From an uncultured Acidobacteriota bacterium (GTDB lineage Bacteria; Acidobacteriota; Vicinamibacteria; Vicinamibacterales; UBA8438), in the NCBI GenBank assembly GCA_913043225.1, contig CAJWLU010000006.1:96001-160000 (forward strand): DNA of 64,000 nt, read 5' to 3'. The notes beneath the pieces were generated by a model. The model ran no database searches. It saw only the letters and a program-made list of their open reading frames with translations, and was not told where the DNA came from. The translations under genes and the position numbers were made by a program. Below are positions 46,584 through 56,279 of the stretch, one piece after another. How positions within the stretch are numbered: position 1 is the stretch's first letter; each line of letters starts with the position of its first letter.

Positions 46584-47948
46584 ATGATGAGCAGCGAGTC
46601 GCAGCGTCGCCGGCGCGTCGGTGCTGGGGGTCTTGTGCTGGCAATCGGATGTTCTGCGATGCTGCTGGCGCAGCCGCCGCAGCCGCCGGCGCGCGTCGAT
46701 GAGAATCCTCCGACGACAGTGGGTCAGGTCGAGGTGGGAGCGCCTCAGCCGACCTTCCGGGCTGGTGTTACGCTCGTTACCACCGACGTGATCGTGCGGG
46801 ATGGGGATGGAGTCTTCGTCCCGGACCTGACGAAGGAAGACTTCCTGGTCACGGAAGATGGCGTGCAACAGGAGATTGCGTCGCTGGTTCTCGTGCATGG
46901 CGGGCGGGTGTTCAACCAGCTGGCGCCGCCCCCGCCCGTTCGCGAGGGGATCGTCCTGCCTGCGTCGTCGCCAGCCAATGATACTGCCGGACGCATCTTC
47001 ATTATCTTTGTGGACGATCTGCATCTGACACCCTCGATGACTCCAAAGGTTAGGCAGGTCTTCGAGACGCTTGCGGAGTCGCTGGTGCACGAAGGGGACC
47101 TGTTCGGCATCATCTCAACCGGTCCGTCGTCCCTGTCGATCGACATGACCTATGACCGGGGTGTCCTGTATGGCGCGATGGAGCGGATCACGGGTGATGC
47201 CCTATCGATTGCCGATCAGATCAGGCAGCAGGAGTACTCCCGAGGCCCGACCGAGGTCTTATGGCGGGCCCACGTTGCGTTTAAGACGGCCCGGGACGTC
47301 CTGAGGAACTTGGAGCAGGTCACGGATCGGCGCAAGGCGTTCATCTACCTGAGCAATGGCTACGACTTTAATCCGTTTCCGGAGTCGCGGCTGTACTCGA
47401 GCCTATCTGCGGGCTCGCGGAGGGATGGCTTGGACAGGGTCGGACGGGGCAGTATGACGCAGGGTGAATTTGACCAATTCTACGGCGATTATCCCGATCC
47501 GTTGACGGATCCGTTCGAGCGGATGTCTCGGATGGGGCAACAGTTTGCCGATGCCGATCTAGCCGTGGAAATCGCTGAGCTTGCGCGGGTCGCCAACCGG
47601 GCGAATACGTCGTTCTACACCATTGACCCGCGAGGCCTGATCGCAGCTCCAGACATTAACGAGAACATCAATCCGGACGAGTGGCGCATGCATATGTTCA
47701 AGACGCAGAACACGCTGCGGATGCTGTCCGAGTTGACCGGCGGGATCGCAGTGGTCAATCGCAACGACTATGACGACGCGTTCCGTGAGATTGACGCTGA
47801 GACCAGTGACTACTACATTCTCGGCTTCTACACTTCGAACCCAGACCCGACAGTACGGACGCGCGCCCTCGAGGTCGAAGTAGCGGATCGGCGCGACCTC
47901 GACGTCAGGGCGCGCACGCACTACACCCTACCGCGCGAGCCAGCCTGA
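46584..47948 (+). CDS. Acidobacterial VWFA-related domain protein
   Basis: PTFRAGVTLVTTDVIVRD, DLTKEDF, FVDDLHL, RRKAFIYLS.G, YTIDPRGL, LSELTGG, YYILGF. Confidence 0.88.
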   Translation: MMSSESQRRRRVGAGGLVLAIGCSAMLLAQPPQPPARVDENPPTTVGQVEVGAPQPTFRAGVTLVTTDVIVRDGDGVFVPDLTKEDFLVTEDGVQQEIASLVLVHGGRVFNQLAPPPPVREGIVLPASSPANDTAGRIFIIFVDDLHLTPSMTPKVRQVFETLAESLVHEGDLFGIISTGPSSLSIDMTYDRGVLYGAMERITGDALSIADQIRQQEYSRGPTEVLWRAHVAFKTARDVLRNLEQVTDRRKAFIYLSNGYDFNPFPESRLYSSLSAGSRRDGLDRVGRGSMTQGEFDQFYGDYPDPLTDPFERMSRMGQQFADADLAVEIAELARVANRANTSFYTIDPRGLIAAPDINENINPDEWRMHMFKTQNTLRMLSELTGGIAVVNRNDYDDAFREIDAETSDYYILGFYTSNPDPTVRTRALEVEVADRRDLDVRARTHYTLPREPA

Positions 47949-47965
47949 CGCCCCCCGGGTTCTGC

Positions 47966-48844
47966 CTAGCGCCGGCGGGCGGCAAGAGCTTCTCGGACCC
48001 GCTCTATCGCTTCGTCCAGATAGGTCTGGTCGATCTCACATCCTAGAAAGCCGATACCCAGTCTCGCGCAGGCCACAGCGGTGCTGCCGAGGCCAAGGAA
48101 GGGATCCATCGCGAGTCCCACTCGGTCGATCCCATGGAGTTTGAGGCACTGCTGGGGCAGCTTCGGGGGGAATGTCGCCGGATGGGGCCGGTCACGCCGA
48201 CGGTTCTGGATCGTACGGTACGGAATGAACCAGGTATTGCCACGGCAGCGGAGGTCGTCTCCGGCCGCCGCCCAGCGAGAGACGTTAGATTTATCCTGAT
48301 ACGGCACGCCAATGGCTCGCCGCTCGAGCGGTGTCCGCCCGGTGGAGCTGAAGTGGAAGATGAATTCGTGGCACTCATTCAGGAAGCGCTCGCTATTGAT
48401 CGGCTTGTAGTGGCCGACCGCTAGGTCACGGTCGAGTCCGGCTCGGCTACCGGCGTCGTCCTGCTCGACCACGATCGACTTAATCCAATGGATGGTGTTC
48501 TGTAAGACCAGGTGGCGTCGGCCTGTTTGGGCCACGTCTAGTGCGGTCCAGGGCCGAGTGGGCGTGGAGCCCACGTTCAGGAACAATGAGCCGCTGGGGG
48601 TGAGGGCGGCTGCGGCGGCCTCGATCCAACGATCGGTCCAGGTATGGTAGCTCTCTGCCGGAAGGGTGTCGTCGTAGCTGCGGTACCGGACGCCTAAGTT
48701 GTAAGGGGGAGAGGTGACGATGGCGTCCACGCGAGAGGAGCCGAGACGCGCGAACAGCTCAAGCGCGTCGTCGTGATAGAAACGGAGCGTCGCGCGGCCA
48801 GCGCGTAACGAGGCGTACGGGGTAGGGAGCCGACGTGAGGCCAC
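47966..48844 (-). CDS. Orphan N4/N6 DNA methyltransferase (beta class)
   Basis: TSPPYN precedes HPATFP and DPFLGLGST. Confidence 0.9.
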   Translation of the reverse strand: MASRRLPTPYASLRAGRATLRFYHDDALELFARLGSSRVDAIVTSPPYNLGVRYRSYDDTLPAESYHTWTDRWIEAAAAALTPSGSLFLNVGSTPTRPWTALDVAQTGRRHLVLQNTIHWIKSIVVEQDDAGSRAGLDRDLAVGHYKPINSERFLNECHEFIFHFSSTGRTPLERRAIGVPYQDKSNVSRWAAAGDDLRCRGNTWFIPYRTIQNRRRDRPHPATFPPKLPQQCLKLHGIDRVGLAMDPFLGLGSTAVACARLGIGFLGCEIDQTYLDEAIERVREALAARRR

Positions 48845-48863
48845 GGGTGGCCGCTATTCTGGG

Positions 48864-49916
48864 GTGCCGGCCCGAAGTCGTCAAGACATAGACGTCCAGG
48901 CAGGGCTGGGGTGCCGGTTGGATCTGATACACTGGCCCGCAATTTTGCCGACCACTGTGAGCTTGTCTCGACGGGAGAACGGCGGGCATGCCCTGCGCAG
49001 GAAGGGGCTCTGCGCAGCGGCGGCGGCGCTTCTCACAGCAACGCTCGGCGCCGTAGACCGCGCGGACGTCGCGCCGGAGTCGCCGGCAGGCCTCACGTCG
49101 TGGCAGGAAGGTCTTCGGTCGTCCCAACCGGAAGCGCGACCGGTTCCCAGGCTACCAGGCCCACGGGTAAACGCTCAAGCCGCCATCATCCTCGACCCGG
49201 TCACCGGAGTGACGCTCTGGGAGCGGAATTCCCGCGACTTGCGGTCGATCGCCAGCATAACGAAGGTTATGACCGTGATGCTGTTCCTCGAGAGTGAACC
49301 GGATCTGTCGAGAGACGTGGTTATCTCCCGCCAGGATGTGCGGCGCGCCTCGACGACCTACCTCCGGCAAGGCGAGCGGGTCACCCTGCGCGACCTGGTG
49401 CATCTAGCGCTGGTTGCGTCCGACAACGCGGCCGCGCGAGCGCTGGCGAGGGTGTCTATCTGGGGGACAAAGCGGTTCATCGCGAGAATGAATGCGAAAG
49501 CGGCGGCGCTGGGTCTCGAGGAGACCCGGTTCGCCGATCCATCCGGGCTGCACGAGGGTAACGTTTCGTCGGCCTACGACGTGTCGCGACTAATTGCCGC
49601 CGCTAGTGAAGAGACTGTGGTTGCCCGGATAATGCGCAAACGGTCGTACGACATCCGCACGAGCCGTCGCACCAGGACCGTGCGTAGCACTAACCGCCTG
49701 CTGGGCACGCGGGTGGATGTAATGGCTGGTAAGACTGGCTATATCGACGAGGCCGGCTACTGTCTGGCGACGCTCGTTGAACTGTCTGATGGACGCTCGG
49801 TGTCGATCGTGGTGTTGGGCGCGCGTTCCAACTCGGGGCGGTTCGCTGATGCGCGCCGGCTGGTGGACTGGCTCTCGACCAAAGCCGCCGCGCTCCTGAC
49901 GTCCGCCGCCGAGTAA
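48864..49916 (+). CDS. D-alanyl-D-alanine endo/carboxypeptidase (S11, PbpG-like); start uncertain
   Basis: SITK, SDN, KTG motifs. Confidence 0.9.
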   Translation: MPARSRQDIDVQAGLGCRLDLIHWPAILPTTVSLSRRENGGHALRRKGLCAAAAALLTATLGAVDRADVAPESPAGLTSWQEGLRSSQPEARPVPRLPGPRVNAQAAIILDPVTGVTLWERNSRDLRSIASITKVMTVMLFLESEPDLSRDVVISRQDVRRASTTYLRQGERVTLRDLVHLALVASDNAAARALARVSIWGTKRFIARMNAKAAALGLEETRFADPSGLHEGNVSSAYDVSRLIAAASEETVVARIMRKRSYDIRTSRRTRTVRSTNRLLGTRVDVMAGKTGYIDEAGYCLATLVELSDGRSVSIVVLGARSNSGRFADARRLVDWLSTKAAALLTSAAE

Positions 49917-49965
49917 CTCCGGTTGCGCATGGCTTCGCCATGCCCTTTTCCTTATCGCTGTCTGT

Positions 49966-50280
49966 ATGAGCGGGTTGGACGAGGGGCTGGCCCATCTGGT
50001 CGAAGGGAGTATGGATGGCTTCCTGAGGCTCTCGGGCTACAAACCCTGCGGCCTGAAAGGGATGTACGGTGTGCGTTCCGGGGCGGCACCGGTCGTCCGG
50101 GCCGCCGGCGGCCTAGCGGACGCGGTGGCTGAGTTCGTGTTCGTTCCGGATGGTGTGGACGGAATGGTGGACGCGAAAGATGCGGCGCCAGAGGTCTATC
50201 GCCAGCCAGACCGGTGGCGCATGCTCCAGCGGGCCGGTATGCGCCAGGATTTCTTTAGGGATGTTTCGGCCGCTACCTAG
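49966..50280 (+). pseudogene. glgA: Degenerate glycogen synthase C-terminal fragment
   Basis: DEGLAHLVEG..GFLRLSGYKPCGLKGMYGVRSGAAPVVRAAGGLADAV versus consensus PSRFEPCGL.QM..RYGT.PVVR.TGGLADTV. Confidence 0.75.
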
Positions 50281-50360
50281 GTTCAAGGATACAGCGGCGT
50301 TGTTGAGGGCTGGCAGGCAGCCGACTGGGTGGGGTAGCGCCCCGCAAGGAGTGTAGACAG

Positions 50361-51281
50361 ATGCGTAACGTGGTCATTATCGGGTCCGGACCGGCTGGGC
50401 TCACGGCAGCTCTCTACAGCGCACGTGCCAACCTGGCGCCGCTGGTGATTGAAGGGTTAGAGTCCGGTGGTCAGCTTATGTTGACGACGGCTGTCGAGAA
50501 CTTCCCTGGCTTTCGGGACGGCATCATGGGCCCGGAGTTGATGGCGGAGATGCGCGCTCAGGCCGAGCGGTTCGGTACGGAGATCATGGCCGGCGATGTG
50601 ACTGGTGTCGAACTCGGAGAGCCGCCGTTCAGGGTCCGGCTCGGAGACGAGGTCATCGAGACGAAGGCGCTGATCATCTCGACCGGAGCGTCGGCGCGAC
50701 TTCTAGGGCTTCCCTCCGAGCGTACGCTAATGGGGCACGGAGTGTCTACGTGCGCAACCTGCGATGGGTACTTCTTCCGTGAGAAACCGATCATTGTTGT
50801 CGGAGGTGGAGATTCCGCCCTCGAAGAAGCGACATTTCTTACGAAGTTTGCGTCGCACGTGACGGTGGTGCACCGGCGTGAGGAACTGCGAGCATCGAAA
50901 ATCATGCAGGATAAGGCGTTCGCGAATCCGAAGCTCTCTTTTGAATGGAATAGCGAACTGGCCGAGGTTAGAGACGTCGAGAAGGGTGTCGTGACGAGCG
51001 CCGTGCTACGGAATAGCATGACGGGCGCGATTAAGGAGCTGGCGGTCGAGGGAGTGTTTATCGCGATTGGCCATACCCCGAACACGTCGCTCTTTGCCGG
51101 ACTGCTGGACCTTGACGAGAACGGCTATATCGTGGCCGGCACGGGCACGAGAACGAGCGTGCCAGGAGTTTTCGCTTGCGGCGACGTGCAGGACCATGTC
51201 TACCGACAGGCCATAACCGCCGCGGGTACCGGTTGCATGGCGGCGATTGACGCCGAGCGCTACCTGGAGTCACAGGAGTAG
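50361..51281 (+). CDS. trxB: Thioredoxin reductase
   Basis: GSGPAG, CATCDG, GGGDSA, GDVQD.YRQA. Confidence 0.97.
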   Translation: MRNVVIIGSGPAGLTAALYSARANLAPLVIEGLESGGQLMLTTAVENFPGFRDGIMGPELMAEMRAQAERFGTEIMAGDVTGVELGEPPFRVRLGDEVIETKALIISTGASARLLGLPSERTLMGHGVSTCATCDGYFFREKPIIVVGGGDSALEEATFLTKFASHVTVVHRREELRASKIMQDKAFANPKLSFEWNSELAEVRDVEKGVVTSAVLRNSMTGAIKELAVEGVFIAIGHTPNTSLFAGLLDLDENGYIVAGTGTRTSVPGVFACGDVQDHVYRQAITAAGTGCMAAIDAERYLESQE

Positions 51282-51305
51282 CTGGTCGATCTCTAATGGA
51301 ACGAC

Positions 51306-52367
51306 TCAGTCTATCCAGCCGCCGCCCAAAACGGTCTGCCCTTCGTAGAAGACCACGGCCTGGCCTGGCGCCACCGCGGTTTGCGGGTCGTCGAAGCGCA
51401 CCGTCGCCCGCGCGTCGTCGAGGCGCTCGACGACGGCGGGGGCGTCCGGATGGCGGTGGCGGATGCGCGCGGTCACGCGACGGGTCGGAGGGGCGGGGCC
51501 GGCAATCCAGTTTACCTGCGAGGCGGTGAGGTCCCGGCGTTCGAGTGCCGAGCGCGGACCGACCGTGATCCCGTTGTCCTGCGCGTCGATCCGGACTACA
51601 TAAAGCGGGACGGGGCCTGACACGCCGAGTCCCTTTCGCTGGCCGACCGTAAAGTGATGGATGCCGGCATGGCGTCCAATCTCGCGGCCGTGGAGATCGC
51701 GAATAGGTCCAGCCTCTGGGGCCTGGTTCGCCAGCGTCTCCACGAGCCCGGACGGGTTGCCGTTCGGCACAAAGCAGAGTTCCTGGCTGTCGGGCTTGTC
51801 CGCTACCGCGAGCCCGAGATCGCGTGCGGTCTGTCGCACCTCGGACTTGCGCATCTCGCCAACCGGAAAGAGTGCTCTCGTGAGCTGCGACTGAGTCAGG
51901 GTGAAGAGGAAGTAGCTCTGGTCCTTCGATTCGTCCAGGCCCCGCTGTAGGCGCACCCCGGCCTCATCGGTGGCTGGGGCGAGACGGGCATAGTGTCCGG
52001 TGGCCACGCGGTCGGCGCCCAACGCTTCGGCACGCTCGAGCAGGTGGGAGAACTTTAGCTCTCCGTTGCATTGCACGCACGGAATCGGCGTACGGCCAAT
52101 GGTGTACTCGCGAACGAAGGTCGAGACCACAGTATCAGCGAAGGCTTGCTCGAAATTCATGACGTAGTGAGGGATGCCAAGCGCCGCAGCGACTCTGCGG
52201 GCATCCTGGAGATCGTCGAGTGAGCAGCAGCCGCCAAAGTGCTGTTTTGACGCGCTCTGGTCGTAGAGCTGCATCGACAAACCGATGACCTCGTATCCAT
52301 CCGCGACCAGCCTGGCTGCGGCGACCGACGAGTCGACACCGCCAGACATCGCGACCACCACCCGCAT
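51306..52367 (-). CDS. mnmA: tRNA 2-thiouridylase
   Basis: SGGVDSS, PCVQCN, ATGHYA, KDQSYFL, DSQELCF, APGQ. Confidence 0.97.
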   Translation of the reverse strand: MRVVVAMSGGVDSSVAAARLVADGYEVIGLSMQLYDQSASKQHFGGCCSLDDLQDARRVAAALGIPHYVMNFEQAFADTVVSTFVREYTIGRTPIPCVQCNGELKFSHLLERAEALGADRVATGHYARLAPATDEAGVRLQRGLDESKDQSYFLFTLTQSQLTRALFPVGEMRKSEVRQTARDLGLAVADKPDSQELCFVPNGNPSGLVETLANQAPEAGPIRDLHGREIGRHAGIHHFTVGQRKGLGVSGPVPLYVVRIDAQDNGITVGPRSALERRDLTASQVNWIAGPAPPTRRVTARIRHRHPDAPAVVERLDDARATVRFDDPQTAVAPGQAVVFYEGQTVLGGGWID

Positions 52368-52370
52368 GGC

Positions 52371-53543
52371 CTATCCTCCCGCCCTGGTCGGGGTCCGGAC
52401 GCCGGCCACCGCCCGGAGTCGAGAGACGATGCCGGGGAGCAACTCCAGCACCCGGTCGATCTCCTCTGCGGAGTTTCCGAGGCCCAGGCTGAAACGGATG
52501 GAGTTTTGCGTGCGATGCGGCGAGAACCCCATTGCCCGGAGCACGTGGGAAGGCGACAAGGTGCCGGACGAACAGGCTGACCCGGTCGATACGGCGACGC
52601 CCTCCAGGTCAAGCGCGATAAGTAGCGACTCGGCTTCGACGCCGTCGAAGCTGATGTTAGAGGTGTTCGCTACCCGGCGGGCGGGGTCGCCATTGACTCG
52701 GGTCCCGCTGACGGAGGTCAGGATGCCGCCTTCGAGCCGGTTACGCAACGCTGTTAGGCGGGCGGCGTCGCTCGTCTGCTTCCGGAGTGCAAGTCGGGCC
52801 GCGACACCCAATCCGACGAGCCCTGGTACGTTCTCCGTTCCTGCCCTCCGACCTCGCTCTTGTTTGCCGCCAGTGAGCTGGCTGCGGAGCGTGATTCCCC
52901 GGCGCACCCAGAGCGCTCCAACGCCCTTAGGACCGTTGAACTTGTGGCCGGAAAGCGAGAGAAGGTCGACTCCTAGCGCGTGAACATCAATAGGAAGTTT
53001 GCCCGCTGACTGTACGGCGTCGGTGTGCAGCAGTGCCCCTCTCGCATGCACTAGGGGAGCGAGCTCTGCGACTGGCTGAATCGTCCCAATTTCGTTATTG
53101 GCGTGCATTACCGAGACTAGTGCGGTTTTGTCCGTGAGCGCTTCTTCGATGGCAGCAGGGTCCACCACGCCGGTATGGTCGACGTGGACTAGGGTAATCT
53201 GCCACCCGGTACGTTCGAGTGCCTTCAGGGTGTTGAGGACCGCCTCGTGCTCTATGGCAGTCGCCACCAGGTGCCGACGGGAGGACTGGGAGCCGACGAC
53301 CCCACGCAGCGCGAGGTTGTCGGCTTCCGATCCGCCGGTCGTGAAGACGATCTGCGTCGGTTCGGCACCGATTAGATTGGCGACGGCAGCCCGGGCGTCA
53401 TCCAACTCCGTCTTGGCTGCCTGACCTACGCCGTGAATGCTCGACGGATTTCCGAACAGCTGCCGTTGCGCCGTATCGACCGCGTCCGACACATCGGACG
53501 CGACGGGTGTGGTGGCGTTGTGATCGAGGTAGATTGTCCCCAC
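52371..53543 (-). CDS. iscS: Cysteine desulfurase (IscS/NifS family)
   Basis: YLDHNATT, NPSS.H, HTDAVQ, SGHKFNGPKG, STGSACSS. Confidence 0.93.
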   Translation of the reverse strand: MGTIYLDHNATTPVASDVSDAVDTAQRQLFGNPSSIHGVGQAAKTELDDARAAVANLIGAEPTQIVFTTGGSEADNLALRGVVGSQSSRRHLVATAIEHEAVLNTLKALERTGWQITLVHVDHTGVVDPAAIEEALTDKTALVSVMHANNEIGTIQPVAELAPLVHARGALLHTDAVQSAGKLPIDVHALGVDLLSLSGHKFNGPKGVGALWVRRGITLRSQLTGGKQERGRRAGTENVPGLVGLGVAARLALRKQTSDAARLTALRNRLEGGILTSVSGTRVNGDPARRVANTSNISFDGVEAESLLIALDLEGVAVSTGSACSSGTLSPSHVLRAMGFSPHRTQNSIRFSLGLGNSAEEIDRVLELLPGIVSRLRAVAGVRTPTRAGG

Positions 53544-53666
53544 CCGGCGATTGTACCAGCGCAACGCCTGTCTCAGTGGACACCGATCGGGACGCTTTCG
53601 TATACTGGCCGCGATCGTGGCGGCTCGCCACGTGGCCTACCCGCCCGCTGGGCGCGGAGAACAATC

Positions 53667-54227
53667 ATGTGGAAGCGGGACGAGGCGTCCAAGCCGGTGG
53701 CGGCGCCTGCGCAGGCCGTAGCCCCAGGCGGGGAAACTGCTGGGCGGGTTACAGGCCGCAACATCGTCAACATCGGTAAGTCCGTGGTGATCAAGGGGGA
53801 GCTGAGCGGGAATGAAGACCTGACTATCGAAGGCGAGGTCGAAGGCAGAATCGAGCTCAACCAGCATGTCCTGACCATAGGTTCCCACGGCCGGATTCGG
53901 GCAGAGATCTCCGGCAAGTCGGTGGTCGTGCTCGGCGAGGTCATTGGCAACATCGCCGCGACCGACAAGGTGGCCATTCGCGACAACGGCTCGGTCGAGG
54001 GAGACATCGCAGCCCCGAAGGTGGCGATCGCGGAGGGAGCGAACTTCCGGGGTGGGATTGACATGAGCCAGCAGGCCGCCACAAGTGAGAATACAGTGGC
54101 GCCGCCTCAAGCCGGCGCGAGTTCCGAAGTCGCAGCAGGAAAGAGCGGAAAGCCTATGCATCCGAAAGGCACCCCGACCGACGGCGGGGTAAAGAAAGCG
54201 GGCTCGGGCGCTGCCGTCGCCCAGTAA
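53667..54227 (+). CDS. Bactofilin (polymer-forming cytoskeletal protein)
   Basis: IGKSVVIKGEL.G.EDLTIEG.VEG.I beta-helix repeats. Confidence 0.9.
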   Translation: MWKRDEASKPVAAPAQAVAPGGETAGRVTGRNIVNIGKSVVIKGELSGNEDLTIEGEVEGRIELNQHVLTIGSHGRIRAEISGKSVVVLGEVIGNIAATDKVAIRDNGSVEGDIAAPKVAIAEGANFRGGIDMSQQAATSENTVAPPQAGASSEVAAGKSGKPMHPKGTPTDGGVKKAGSGAAVAQ

Positions 54228-54247
54228 CGGTCGACGCAACTCAGAAC

Positions 54248-55039
54248 ATGGCTCGTCCCACCGTTGCCCTTCTCAGTGACTTCGGCACCCGGGACCACTA
54301 TGCCGGAACGATGAAAGGTGTCGTGCTTGGCATCTGTCCTGACGTCACTCTGGTCGACATCAGCCACGACATACCGCCGCACGACCTGCAGTTCGCCGCG
54401 CTTGAACTCGCCGCGGCATGCCCGTACTTTCCGCCTGGATCGGTATTTTTGGTGGTCGTCGACCCAGGCGTCGGGTCGGCTAGGCGGGGCGTGGCGGCCG
54501 AGGCTGGCGACTACCGATTCGTGGCCCCGGACAACGGCGTGCTGACGGTCGTGTTTCAGCGCATGCCACCGAAGCGGGTCGTTGAGTTGACCGAGCGCCG
54601 CTATGCCCGGCCCACGGTGAGCCAGACGTTCGAAGGACGTGACCGGTTCGCCCCTGCCGCCGCATGGCTGGCGAAAGGTATTCAGCTGTCGGCGCTCGGG
54701 CGGCCGGTATCTGAATACACGTTGCTCGACATTCCGGCACCGACGGTCGGTGACGCTAGCATTCAAGGTGCGGTGTTACGGGTGGACCGTTTCGGCAATC
54801 TCGTGACCAACATCGACCGGCGAGCCTTCGACCGGATCGCGGCGGGTGGCGCTATCGAAATTGACGTGGGCGGGCACTCCGTAGGACGCCTCGTCGAGAC
54901 GTATACCGACATTGCCGACGGTGAGGTGAGCGCTCTGTTCGGGAGCACGGACCACCTCGAGTTCGCCGCCAATTCCGCCAGCGCGGGAGAGCGACTCGGC
55001 ATCACTCTCGGAGCCGAGGTCCGCGTGCTCCGCGCTTAG
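54248..55039 (+). CDS. SAM hydroxide adenosyltransferase / chlorinase-fluorinase family (DUF62)
   Basis: LSDFG..D.YAG.MKGV, DISH, VVDPGVGSARR, PDNG, TFEGRD, DRFGN. Confidence 0.9.
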   Translation: MARPTVALLSDFGTRDHYAGTMKGVVLGICPDVTLVDISHDIPPHDLQFAALELAAACPYFPPGSVFLVVVDPGVGSARRGVAAEAGDYRFVAPDNGVLTVVFQRMPPKRVVELTERRYARPTVSQTFEGRDRFAPAAAWLAKGIQLSALGRPVSEYTLLDIPAPTVGDASIQGAVLRVDRFGNLVTNIDRRAFDRIAAGGAIEIDVGGHSVGRLVETYTDIADGEVSALFGSTDHLEFAANSASAGERLGITLGAEVRVLRA

Positions 55040-55115
55040 CCGGCAGACCACACCGATCTCCGCCAAGACGTCAGGCGTCTTTGAGCCCCCACTCTAAATC
55101 CACGAACCGAACAGT

Positions 55116-56132
55116 ATGAGCGACAGAGCAGAAGCCACAATCGGATTCGATCTAGCCTCGGCATTCCTCGAGGTCGTCGAGCAAGCCGCCATCGCGTGTG
55201 CCCACACAATGGGGCAAGGGGATCGGCATCATTCAGATCAGGTCGCGGTTGAGTCGATGCGGGCCACGCTCGACCGTGTGCCGATCGATGGCCGCGTGGT
55301 CATCGGCGAGGGAGAGCGGGACGAGGCGCCGATGCTCTACATCGGCGAACCGGTCGGAATCGCACACGCGAAGTCGTCCACCCGAGGCGGTCCGTTCGTC
55401 GAGGTGGATATCGCGGTCGATCCGCTCGAGGGAACCAACTTATGTGCCACGGGCGACGCGAACGCGATCGCGGTGTTGGCGGCAGCCGAGCGCGGCGGTC
55501 TCCTGCACGCACCCGATATCTACATGGAGAAACTCGTTGTTGGCCCGAGTTCGAAGCACGCGGTATCGCTTGATGCGCCGGTGTCGAAGAACCTCGCTGG
55601 CATTGCGAGGTGTCTGGGGCGGAAGGTGGAGGACCTGGCGGTAATTGTCCTCGACCGTCCGCGGCACGAGAAGCTCATTGCTGATATTCGCGAGGCGGGC
55701 GCTCGCATCCGGCTGATCGGTGATGGGGACCTGTCAGCCGGGATCTCCGCGGCGGTGCGGGGTAGCGGGGTGCACGCGGTCATGGGTACTGGTGGAGCAC
55801 CGGAGGGCGTGCTCGTGGCGGCTGCGATGCGGTGTCTCAATGGAGAGATCCAGGCGCGGCTGGTGGTGGATACGCCTGAGAAAGAGGAGCGTTGCCGGGA
55901 GATGGGCATCGAAGATATGTCGCGGATCTACCGCTCCGCAGACCTCGCCTGCGGGCGCAGGATCCTCTTTGCTGCAACGGGGGTCACCGATGGCACTCTG
56001 ATGAAGGGAGCGCGGTTCTTTGGCGATGGCGTGCGCACCAGTTCACTGGTTATGCAGTCGGAGCCACAGAGGGTTCAGTTTATTGACACTATCCATCTCG
56101 AGGGGCGCGACAACGTCAAGGTTCAGTTCTAG
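55116..56132 (+). CDS. glpX: Fructose-1,6-bisphosphatase class II
   Basis: [42 protein letters not shown]. Confidence 0.96.
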   Translation: MSDRAEATIGFDLASAFLEVVEQAAIACAHTMGQGDRHHSDQVAVESMRATLDRVPIDGRVVIGEGERDEAPMLYIGEPVGIAHAKSSTRGGPFVEVDIAVDPLEGTNLCATGDANAIAVLAAAERGGLLHAPDIYMEKLVVGPSSKHAVSLDAPVSKNLAGIARCLGRKVEDLAVIVLDRPRHEKLIADIREAGARIRLIGDGDLSAGISAAVRGSGVHAVMGTGGAPEGVLVAAAMRCLNGEIQARLVVDTPEKEERCREMGIEDMSRIYRSADLACGRRILFAATGVTDGTLMKGARFFGDGVRTSSLVMQSEPQRVQFIDTIHLEGRDNVKVQF

Positions 56133-56134
56133 CG

Positions 56135-56275
56135 CTCCTGGCGTGCCTCGGATGAAACAAGGGTGTCCTGTATGAGGGCGTACAACCCACAGCAAGCTCT
56201 CTCCGCTGTCCGTCGGGGCCGAATGACCGATAAAATTGACGGTGGGGCCTTGTAGGCTGCCGAGCCAGTAGGGAG
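56135..56275. ncRNA. Candidate structured RNA (long interrupted hairpin with central bubble)
   Basis: Nested pairs CTCC/GGAG, CTGG/CCAG, CTCGG/CCGAG, ACAAGG/CCTTGT, ACAGC/GCTGT. Confidence 0.35.
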
Positions 56276-56279
56276 GACT

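Noticed and set aside
44964..48844. Restriction-modification pair (PD-ExK-like gene plus methyltransferase)
   Set aside because: Separated by two unrelated genes on the opposite strand; the nuclease call is weak
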